A DNA stretch of 64,000 nt, from contig OZ252098.1 of NCBI GenBank assembly GCA_965248355.1, forward strand, positions 288,001 to 352,000, read 5' to 3'. Position numbers and translations under genes: made by a program. The notes under the pieces were generated by a model, which worked only from the letters and a program-made list of their open reading frames with translations, had not been told where the DNA came from and did not search any database. Shown in pieces: positions 56,764 through 64,000 of this stretch. Positions within the stretch are counted from its first letter, which is position 1. Every line of letters starts with the position of its first letter. The DNA comes from Candidatus Latescibacterota bacterium (GTDB taxonomy: Bacteria > Latescibacterota > UBA2968 > UBA8231).

Positions 56764-58560
56764 TCACCGGCGCCGGCCGGGGGCCGCCGGGGACTGCAGG
56801 CGGGCGAAGATGTGCAGCAGCCTGTCGCGCTCGCCGGGGCGGTGCTCGAGGGCTTCGTCCAGGACCTGCCGCGCCGCGTCCGGGTCGCCGCGCTGGAGGT
56901 GCAGCTGCATGAGCTCGGCGTAGAGGGCCGGCAGGTGGCCGCTGGCGGCCAGGGCCCGCTCGTACGCCGGGACGGCCTCTTCGTCCCGCCCCAGGGCCCG
57001 GTAGCAGTGGGCGAGGTTGACCCACGGTTCGGGGCGGTCGGGCCGGGCCCCGGTGACGCGCTCGAAGATGGCGGCGGCCCCGGCGGCGTCCCCCTGCTGG
57101 GCCTGAATCGAGCCCAGGTCGTTCCAGGCCTGCCAGTAGGTGGAGTCCAGCTCAACGGCCCGGGTGAGGGCCTCCCCGGCCTCGGCGGCGCGACCCTGAC
57201 GGGCGTGGGCCTGGCCGATGTTGTAGTGGATGGCGGCGTCCCCTGCCATGTCCATGGGGCCGGCGCCGAGATTGCCGACCAGCCCGACGACGGCCACGGC
57301 CGCCGCGGCGGGAACCGCGGGGCGGTAGCGCCCCGCGCGGAAGCGGTCCCACAGCCACCACCCGGCGTGGGCCGCCAGCACCAGCAGGACGGGCAGCATG
57401 GGCGCCCGGTAGCGGGAGCTGGGGAAGAAGGCGACGACGCCCGCCGCGTAGGCGAGAACGAAGAGCGTCGCCGGATCCAGCCCGCGGCGATGGATGGCCA
57501 GGGCCAGGCCAAGGAGGGCGAGAGGGGCGACGAGGCCGAAGGGGAAGGCGACGACCCGCTTCCAGAGGGTGGCCGCCAGGACCGGGGAATAGCGGCGCCA
57601 GTAGTAGATGCCCTGGTTGCGGCCCTCCTCGTGGCCGTTGAGGAGCCGCAGGCTCTTGCGCGCCTGCAGGGCCAGGTAGTCCAGGGGCTCCTCCCGCATG
57701 TACTCCAGGGCTTGGTTCCAGAAGTAGTCGGAGCGGTCGGAGCGGCGCTCGATGCCGGCCTCCACCGGCTCGGCCACGAGGTCGTCCCACTCCCACCCGG
57801 GCCGGATCCTCACCAGGCGCTCGTGGTCGGCGCTGTTGCCGATATGGAAGTTGACGCCCGAGTTGTAGGAGATGAGGACCGCGTCGCCGCCGATGGCGTG
57901 GTTGCGCCAGGCCACGGGCAGGACCGCCGCGGCGATGCCGAGGAGGAAGATGGCGGCGCCCGGCCGCGAGCGTCCCTTCCAGGCGATCCAGACCGCCGCC
58001 GGGAGGCAGAAGCCGAGGACCGTCGGCACCGCCAGGGCCGCGAGGCCGCAGACGAGACCCGCCGGGAGGAAGGCGGACGGCGTTCCCCGCCGCAGGGCGC
58101 GCAGCAGCAGCAGCAGGCCCGACAGGCCGAGGACCGTGGCCAGGCTGGCCGGCAGGATCTCCCCGTCGAAGTAGATCAGGGGGCCGCAGAGGCTGGCCGC
58201 CAGGCCGGCGGCGAGACCCACCCTCGGGCCGAACAGGCGCGTTCCCAGCAGGTAGGCGAGGGCGCAGGCCAGGGCGCCCCACAGGGCCTGGAGCCAGCGT
58301 ATGGCGTGGAAGAACGAATCGGGGAAGGCGGTCTTCACCAGGCCCAGCACGTAGGGGTAGAGGGGCGGCTGCCAGAAGGCGGGCCGGTCGCGGCCCAGCC
58401 AGTCGCCGGCGGCCAGCGCCTCGGCGTGGGCCACGTAGGTCATGCCGTCCACCGCCGGCTCGTCGTAGAGCGGGCTCGAGGCCATCTGCCACGCGTGCAG
58501 GGCGCGAAGGAGCAGGGCCAGGAGCAGGATCCCGAGGCAGGCCCTCAATTCAGGCCTCAC
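56764..58560 (-). CDS. GT39/ArnT-like membrane glycosyltransferase with C-terminal TPRs
   Basis: D...Y...A...PPLYPY motif, many TM helices, NFHIGN, RYRAP, TPR repeats; start uncertain. Confidence 0.8.
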   Translation of the reverse strand: MRPELRACLGILLLALLLRALHAWQMASSPLYDEPAVDGMTYVAHAEALAAGDWLGRDRPAFWQPPLYPYVLGLVKTAFPDSFFHAIRWLQALWGALACALAYLLGTRLFGPRVGLAAGLAASLCGPLIYFDGEILPASLATVLGLSGLLLLLRALRRGTPSAFLPAGLVCGLAALAVPTVLGFCLPAAVWIAWKGRSRPGAAIFLLGIAAAVLPVAWRNHAIGGDAVLISYNSGVNFHIGNSADHERLVRIRPGWEWDDLVAEPVEAGIERRSDRSDYFWNQALEYMREEPLDYLALQARKSLRLLNGHEEGRNQGIYYWRRYSPVLAATLWKRVVAFPFGLVAPLALLGLALAIHRRGLDPATLFVLAYAAGVVAFFPSSRYRAPMLPVLLVLAAHAGWWLWDRFRAGRYRPAVPAAAAVAVVGLVGNLGAGPMDMAGDAAIHYNIGQAHARQGRAAEAGEALTRAVELDSTYWQAWNDLGSIQAQQGDAAGAAAIFERVTGARPDRPEPWVNLAHCYRALGRDEEAVPAYERALAASGHLPALYAELMQLHLQRGDPDAARQVLDEALEHRPGERDRLLHIFARLQSPAAPGRRR

Positions 58561-58636
58561 CCCCGGGCTCCAGCCGCGGATTCGGGCTATATTCACCCGC
58601 TTCGAGAGATCCCCGAGGGAGCCGACCGCACGTCCC

Positions 58637-60589
58637 ATGCCGAAGCAGCCTGAACGCATCTTCACCCTGCGCGCCCTGCTCGTCGGCTCCATCGGCGCCT
58701 TCGTCGTCTCGGCGGGCACGGCGTACGGGGCCCTCTACCTGAAGGGCTCCCTCATGGCCACGGGCACGAGCATGCCCGGCGCCGTCTTCGTGCTCTTCCT
58801 CATCACCCTGCTGGTGAACCCCGCTCTCAAGCTGATCTCGCCGCGGGCGGGGCTGCGGCGGGGCGAGCTGCTGCTCGTCTACGTCATGCTCGTCATGGCC
58901 TCGCCGCTGCCGCGCCTCTTCGTGTGGAAGTACCTCTGCTCCCTGACCTACCCCTTCTACTACGCCACGCCGGAGAACGACTGGCGCCACCTGGTCCTGC
59001 CGCACCTGCCCGACTGGATCGTGCCCCATTCGCCCGAGCTGGCGCAGCTCTTCTTCGAAGGCGTCGCCCAGGGCCAGGGGATCCCGTGGGCTCCCTGGCT
59101 GCGCGTCTTCGCCGCCTGGATGCCCTTCCTGTGGGCCCTGTTCCTGGTGATGATCGCCTCCATGGTGATCATGCGGCGCCAGTGGGTGGAGAACGAGCGC
59201 CTCATCTTTCCCCTCCTGCAGGTGCCCCTGGCCATGGTCGGCGAGGACGGCGAGAAGGGGAGAATCGGAAGGTTCTACAAGGACCCGGTCATGTGGGCGG
59301 GCTTCGCCGTGCCGGCTCTCTACGGGACCCTCCACGGTCTCTACAACTACTTCCCCGGCATCGTCGCCGTGGCCACCCGGGTCGATCCCATCCACTTCAC
59401 CCTTCCCATCTTCGACGGCGTCCACGATCTCTTCTTCCTCCTGCGCTTCAACATCCTGGGCTTCTTCTACTTCCTCAAGACCGACATCGCCTTCAGCATC
59501 TGGTTCTTCAACCTTCTCTCCTTCGTGGCCCGGGGTGTCTTCGCCCGCCTCGGCATCTCGATCACGGAGACGGGCATGGTGGCCACCGAGGACATAGGCC
59601 ACGCCGTTCCCAACCTGATCCTCGCCTACCAGGCCATGGGCGGCATGCTGGCCCTGTTCTTCGGAGGCCTGTGGATGGGGCGGTCCCACCTCAAGGCCGT
59701 CTTCCGCAAGGCCCTCTACGGCGATCCCGGCGTCGACGACAGCGACGAGATCCTCTCCTACCGGGCCGCCGTGATCATCCTCGTGACGGGCTGCCTGGTC
59801 ATGGTCGGCTGGCTGGCCATCGCCGGCCTGCCCGTCATCTACGGAGTTGCGCTCATCTTCCTCGTGGGGGTTCTGCTCGTCGGTTATTCCCGCATCGTGG
59901 CCGAGGGAGGGCTCTCCGACGGCGCGCCTCCCGTGGTCCCCGCCGGGATCCTGGCCTCCACCATCGGCTCGGTGAAGCTGGGGGAGCCGAGCATGGTGAT
60001 CCTCGGCCTCTGCATCTGGTGGTCGGAGGGGCGCAACTTCGTGATGACCTCGGCAGCCCAGTCGCTGCGCCTCAGCGACGATATGGAGCCGGCGTCGAAG
60101 CGGCCCTTGTTCTGGATCATGGTGGTGGCCGTGGCCATCGCCTTTTTCGGGGCGGTGTGGACGATCATGAAGCTAGGCCACGACTCGGGGGCCATCAATC
60201 TGTACCGGGCCTACGGCGGCGGCTACGACTTCGCGGAGCGCATGATCCGCACGCCCACGGGGCCGCAGCTGCTCACTTGGATCCACATCGGCGCGGGCGG
60301 CCTCATCATGGGCGGCCTCATGCTGGCCCGGGCCGTGTTCCTGTGGTGGCCCCTGCACCCCATCGGCTACGTCGTCGGGCCGGTGTGGATCCTGGACCAC
60401 CTGTGGTTCAACATGTTCCTCGCCTGGTTGGTGAAGGTGATCGTCCTGAGGTACGGCGGCGTGCGCCTCTACCTGCGGACCCGGCCCTTCTTCCTCGGCA
60501 TCATCCTCGGCTTCGTGGTGCCGGGCGGGGTCTTCCTGATTATCGACCACTTCACGGGCATGGTGGGCAACATCATCTTCTACGGCTAG
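58637..60589 (+). CDS. DUF6785/DUF6784-type polytopic membrane protein (putative transporter)
   Basis: RRQWVENERLIFP, RIVAEGG, WWPLHPIGY...LRYGG..LY...PFFLGIILG. Confidence 0.7.
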   Translation: MPKQPERIFTLRALLVGSIGAFVVSAGTAYGALYLKGSLMATGTSMPGAVFVLFLITLLVNPALKLISPRAGLRRGELLLVYVMLVMASPLPRLFVWKYLCSLTYPFYYATPENDWRHLVLPHLPDWIVPHSPELAQLFFEGVAQGQGIPWAPWLRVFAAWMPFLWALFLVMIASMVIMRRQWVENERLIFPLLQVPLAMVGEDGEKGRIGRFYKDPVMWAGFAVPALYGTLHGLYNYFPGIVAVATRVDPIHFTLPIFDGVHDLFFLLRFNILGFFYFLKTDIAFSIWFFNLLSFVARGVFARLGISITETGMVATEDIGHAVPNLILAYQAMGGMLALFFGGLWMGRSHLKAVFRKALYGDPGVDDSDEILSYRAAVIILVTGCLVMVGWLAIAGLPVIYGVALIFLVGVLLVGYSRIVAEGGLSDGAPPVVPAGILASTIGSVKLGEPSMVILGLCIWWSEGRNFVMTSAAQSLRLSDDMEPASKRPLFWIMVVAVAIAFFGAVWTIMKLGHDSGAINLYRAYGGGYDFAERMIRTPTGPQLLTWIHIGAGGLIMGGLMLARAVFLWWPLHPIGYVVGPVWILDHLWFNMFLAWLVKVIVLRYGGVRLYLRTRPFFLGIILGFVVPGGVFLIIDHFTGMVGNIIFYG

Positions 60590-60598
60590 CGCGGGGCT

Positions 60599-60620
60599 CC
60601 CCCTCCCGGCGGGAGGGGAG
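60599..60620. terminator. GC hairpin between convergent genes (possible terminator)
   Basis: CCCCTCCC-GGC-GGGAGGGG inverted repeat; no U-tract. Confidence 0.35.
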
Positions 60621-60648
60621 GGACGCGTCCAGGCCCCCGTCGAGTGCG

Positions 60649-62178
60649 CTAGCCGTCGATGAAGCGGAAGCTGTAGAGCCCGGCGTTGCGCAGGTGGAAT
60701 CGCAGGAAGGCGGGCTTGCCCACGAGGGCGCCGAGGTCGTCTCCGCCGCGCCAGCGCACCCGCAGGGCGGCGCTCGTCATCCCCATGGGCAGGCAGTCCT
60801 CGAGGGCGAATCCCTCGTGGTAGCCGGCGTCGCGGTGGTCGCCGGCGGCCCCCGTCCGGCGCGCCAGCCCGACCCGGATCTCGCAGGGCGGCCGGCCGTC
60901 CCGGTCGATGACGCGCTCGCAGTGGATCTCCAGGTGGCGGCCCCCAACGAGCAGCTCCCGGGTGAGCAGGAAGCCGTCGTCGTCGCCGGCGAAGCGGCCG
61001 ATGAGGCGCCCCCTGGGGACGACGGCGGCGCCCACGGCGGTGAGCGAGAAGGAGTGGGCGTGGCGCAGCTCGGGCTGCCGCTGCCCGATGTAGTAGATCA
61101 GCCAGTTGTCGCCGAGCTCCACCGGCGGACAGGCGGGCACCGCGGCGTGCTCGTCCCAGCTGCCTTCCGGACCGGGCTCGAGCCAGCCCGGCCGGTCCGG
61201 AAGGCGGCTCCAGCGGTAGCCGTCGGCGCTGAAGGCCAGCTGGGTCTGCCAGCGGCCGGAGCCGTGGTGGTCGGAGATCGGCACGAAGGAGAAGAAGTGG
61301 CTTCCACACTTGAAGGCCGCCGCCGATCCCTCCACGCAGAAGGTGCTGATGTCGAGCTCGTCGGGCACGATGGCGCTCCGCGGAAAGGACCAGGAGCGCA
61401 GGTCGGGGCTGGTCATGACGGCCATGCGTCGGCGGGTGTTGCCCCGGGACGGGCGCGGCGTGGCCGCCGCGTCGAAAGCCATCACCTTGGGGCGGCAGAA
61501 GCAGAACCACCGCTCCGTCGCCGGATCCCAGCAGACCGGGTTTTGACCGTCGCTGCCGCCGCGGGTGACGGGGTTGCCCTCGTCCGCCGTCCAGTGGATG
61601 CCGTCAGGGGACCAGGCGAGACAGCGCCCGTCGCGCTGGCCGGGGCCCGGATAGCCGATGGTGTCCCGGTAGAGCATCACCAGGCGGCGCTGCTCGTCGC
61701 CTTGGTCCGGATTCCACACCACCTCCGGCGACTGGGCACGGGTGTCGCCGGGGAAGACGACATTCGTCCGGGGGTAGTCCCTCCAGGCGAACCCCTCGAG
61801 GTCCGGTTTCTCCCAGTGCAGCCCGTCTTCGCTCCGGGCGTAGCAGACGAACTTCGGCGTGCCGTGGGCGGCGCGGTCCCACGGATGGGGCTGCAGGCCG
61901 AAGTAGTTCATGTAGCGCTGGTAGGCCTCCACGTTGACCGACTGGTAGAGCATGTGGTACACGCCCTCCCGCTCGTCCCGCAGGACGTTGCAGGTGCGGA
62001 TGCCGTCCTCCCAAGGCCGGTCGCAGAGGAGCACCGGGCCCACGGGGTGGCGCAGGGGCTGGTGCAGGCAGCGGCGCAGGTCCCAGGTGTCCTCCACCAC
62101 GTGGTCGTCCACGAGCATCTGCTCGACGCGGCCCACATCGAGGGGGTCTCCCTCCCCGTAGCTTGTGCGATCTGCCAT
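60649..62178 (-). CDS. Hypothetical beta-propeller glycoside hydrolase-like protein
   Basis: Repeated Asp-box motifs SEDGLHW, SPDGIHW, SPDLRSW, SADGYRW; C-terminal LRFHLRNAGLYSF. Confidence 0.7.
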   Translation of the reverse strand: MADRTSYGEGDPLDVGRVEQMLVDDHVVEDTWDLRRCLHQPLRHPVGPVLLCDRPWEDGIRTCNVLRDEREGVYHMLYQSVNVEAYQRYMNYFGLQPHPWDRAAHGTPKFVCYARSEDGLHWEKPDLEGFAWRDYPRTNVVFPGDTRAQSPEVVWNPDQGDEQRRLVMLYRDTIGYPGPGQRDGRCLAWSPDGIHWTADEGNPVTRGGSDGQNPVCWDPATERWFCFCRPKVMAFDAAATPRPSRGNTRRRMAVMTSPDLRSWSFPRSAIVPDELDISTFCVEGSAAAFKCGSHFFSFVPISDHHGSGRWQTQLAFSADGYRWSRLPDRPGWLEPGPEGSWDEHAAVPACPPVELGDNWLIYYIGQRQPELRHAHSFSLTAVGAAVVPRGRLIGRFAGDDDGFLLTRELLVGGRHLEIHCERVIDRDGRPPCEIRVGLARRTGAAGDHRDAGYHEGFALEDCLPMGMTSAALRVRWRGGDDLGALVGKPAFLRFHLRNAGLYSFRFIDG

Positions 62179-63149
62179 CACCACTCCCTGACCGGCGGCT
62201 CGCCGTGGATCAGGTGCCGCACGGCGGGGCCGCCCTCTTCGAGGAAGCCGCGCTCCGTCATGGGCAGGCCCGGCTGCAGATCGACGTTCCCCCAGGTCGT
62301 GTCCACCTCGACGTTGCGGTGGCTCAGGCGTCCATCCTCCACGGTGACGACGCGGAAGTGGGGAGCCATGGTGGTGGGGATCAGGACCTGAACGTCCCCG
62401 TCCGCCCACTGGTTTCCGGTGGAGCGCAGGCCGAGGACGGGCACGCCTTTCACCTCGCGCTCCTTGGTGGCGTGGATGTGGCCGTGCAGGAGGGCCAGCA
62501 CCTTCCGGCCTTGCAGCAGTTCCCAGACCCGGTCCATGTCCTCGGGCATCTCCCCCTCGACCCAGGGCATCTCGGCCACGGGAGCGGCGGGCAGATGCAT
62601 GGCGATGATGATGGGCGTCTCCCGCGGCAGGCGGGCGCACTCCCGCTCCAGCAGCCGCATGGACGAGGCGGGCATGCGGTCCCGCCGGGGCGGGGGGATC
62701 GGACGGTTGACGAATCGCGGCGTGTCGAGGCACAGGAAGCGCACGCCCTTGTGGGTGAAGGCGAAGTCGAGGGAGCCGGGGGCCGGCGACCCGGGGAAGA
62801 GGTGGCGCAGGAAGGGCCCGTCCTGATCGTGGTTGCCCGGGACGAAGTAGATGGGCATCCCCTCCATCCCCGGGAAGTCCAGGCGCTGCGGCCCGGGGAA
62901 GGCGGCGCCCGGCCGCAGGTGGATGGCGCCGGCGAAGCACTGGTAGGGCCGGTCCAGGGGAAAGCTGACGTAGTCCCCGGTGCCGAGGATGAAGTCCGCC
63001 CCGGCGGCTTCGTGTCGGGCGATGTGCTGCAGCACCCGCTGCAGGGTGAAGTGCAGGCAGAGCCCCCGGAGCAGGCTGCCCGGCGTGTCCAGCAGGTGGC
63101 AGTCGGTGATCTGGATGAAGGAGAAGCGCTCGCCCGGCTCGCAGGTCAA
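62178..63149 (-). CDS. Metallophosphoesterase (CpdA/Icc-like)
   Basis: TDCH, TGD, PGNHD, MH, HGHIH motifs. Confidence 0.88.
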   Translation of the reverse strand: MTCEPGERFSFIQITDCHLLDTPGSLLRGLCLHFTLQRVLQHIARHEAAGADFILGTGDYVSFPLDRPYQCFAGAIHLRPGAAFPGPQRLDFPGMEGMPIYFVPGNHDQDGPFLRHLFPGSPAPGSLDFAFTHKGVRFLCLDTPRFVNRPIPPPRRDRMPASSMRLLERECARLPRETPIIIAMHLPAAPVAEMPWVEGEMPEDMDRVWELLQGRKVLALLHGHIHATKEREVKGVPVLGLRSTGNQWADGDVQVLIPTTMAPHFRVVTVEDGRLSHRNVEVDTTWGNVDLQPGLPMTERGFLEEGGPAVRHLIHGEPPVREW

Positions 63150-64000
63150 GTCAACCCTCCAGCAGGGCGGTCCGGCGGCGTCAGGCCGATCTCCCGCAGC
63201 CGCTCCGGCGGCGCGATGTGGTGCCCGGCGGCCAGCAGCGTCTCCTGCAGGAGACGGACATCCAGGTCCCGGGGGGAGACGCCCTCGCGGGCGGCCAGGG
63301 CCGCCGCCGTGCCGGCCACCTGCCCCATCTGCTGGGCGCTGTAGCGCTGGCGGAACTGGGGTCCGCGCTTCATGGCGCTGCGTCCGGAGGCGATCAGGCC
63401 GTCCACCCCCCTGGGGATCAGCATGCGGTAGGGGACGTCGACGCCGCCCTCCACGTAGCGCTTGTCGTCATAATAGGTGTAGATCACGTCGTCGAAGCGG
63501 GCCCCGGCGGCAACATCCTCGAGGGTCAGGGCGCGCTCGCTCTCGATGCTCTTGCCGCCGCGGGCCTGGAAGTACGGGGAGACGACGTAGAGGTAGGCCT
63601 CCTCGTACCCAGGGACGTAGCGGTTCATGAACTCGACGAACTCGTAGATGAAGCACCACTGCTGCTGCTGGATGCGGGAGAGGGCGAGCCCGTCGCCCGG
63701 ATGGAACCGCCCGTTGACCCGGGTCCGGCAGTTGACCGACGGCGGATCGCCTTGCGGCTCCCTGAGGGTGATCTCGAGGGTGGCGAAGCCGTCCACGATC
63801 TGGGTGATCCGGAAGCCCCCTGCCTCCCAGGCCTGGCGCGCCCAGGGCATCAGCTGCGGCGGCGCCGGGTACCTCTCCAGCCAGGCTTCGTCCTCCGCCG
63901 TGAGGGCGGGGCGTCCGTCCCGGGCGCGCGCCCACCGCTCGGCGTCGACCCCCATGATGCCGAAGTAGACGCCCATGGAGGGATTCTCCTCCAGCTCGAC
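63146..64000 (-). CDS. FAD-dependent oxidoreductase (PF12831-type), 5' end outside window
   Basis: PYRMLIPRGVDGLIASGR, GQVAGTAAALA..GVSPRDLDV; paralogous to 26855-28336. Confidence 0.85.
   Translation of the reverse strand, partial: VELEENPSMGVYFGIMGVDAERWARARDGRPALTAEDEAWLERYPAPPQLMPWARQAWEAGGFRITQIVDGFATLEITLREPQGDPPSVNCRTRVNGRFHPGDGLALSRIQQQQWCFIYEFVEFMNRYVPGYEEAYLYVVSPYFQARGGKSIESERALTLEDVAAGARFDDVIYTYYDDKRYVEGGVDVPYRMLIPRGVDGLIASGRSAMKRGPQFRQRYSAQQMGQVAGTAAALAAREGVSPRDLDVRLLQETLLAAGHHIAPPERLREIGLTPPDRPAGGLT

Noticed and set aside
55194-57512. Apparent long N-terminal extensions or fusions on prpD, TolC (to 15573), flippase (to 17138), uvrC (to 36837) and the hydrolase (to 62940)
   Set aside because: The extensions overlap upstream genes in other frames; better starts exist, often with stop/start overlaps
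58924-62391. 1155-aa plus-strand ORF and other Arg/Pro/Gly-rich alternative-frame ORFs
   Set aside because: Composition is typical of off-frame GC-rich translation and they overlap well-supported genes

Overview
This is a high-GC bacterial chromosome window. The gene mix (DUF6785-type membrane protein, PF12831-type FAD oxidoreductases, ASPIC/UnbV-TPR and GT39-TPR proteins, TolC) points to a diderm FCB-group organism such as Latescibacterota; this is inferred, not demonstrated. Housekeeping genes include PBP1A, tRNA-Gly(GCC), metG, xerD, uvrC, rlmI, ndk-yceD-rpmF, fabH-D-G-acpP-fabF-rnc, a lipoate ligase, oppD/F, a SurA/PpiD-like PPIase, NAD kinase and prpD. The main candidate for an undescribed system is a tightly coupled 7-gene minus-strand operon at 8922-17832. 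It encodes an NTP-transferase, an IPCT/DIPPS-like CDP-alcohol phosphotransferase, a flippase-like protein, TolC, an MlaC-DUF3047 fusion, MlaC and an MMPL/RND transporter. A second, CTG-initiated NTP-transferase is transcribed divergently. Together these look like a lipid head-group synthesis plus trans-envelope export pathway with no membrane-fusion protein. Other notable items are a lower-GC islet with a broken SIR2 gene plus an AAA-ATPase/DUF4276 pair, an IS256 nested in an IS630 where plsX would normally sit, a XerD with two substituted catalytic residues, a divergent UvrA paralog, and several gene remnants. All family assignments come from motif recognition by eye; no searches were run.
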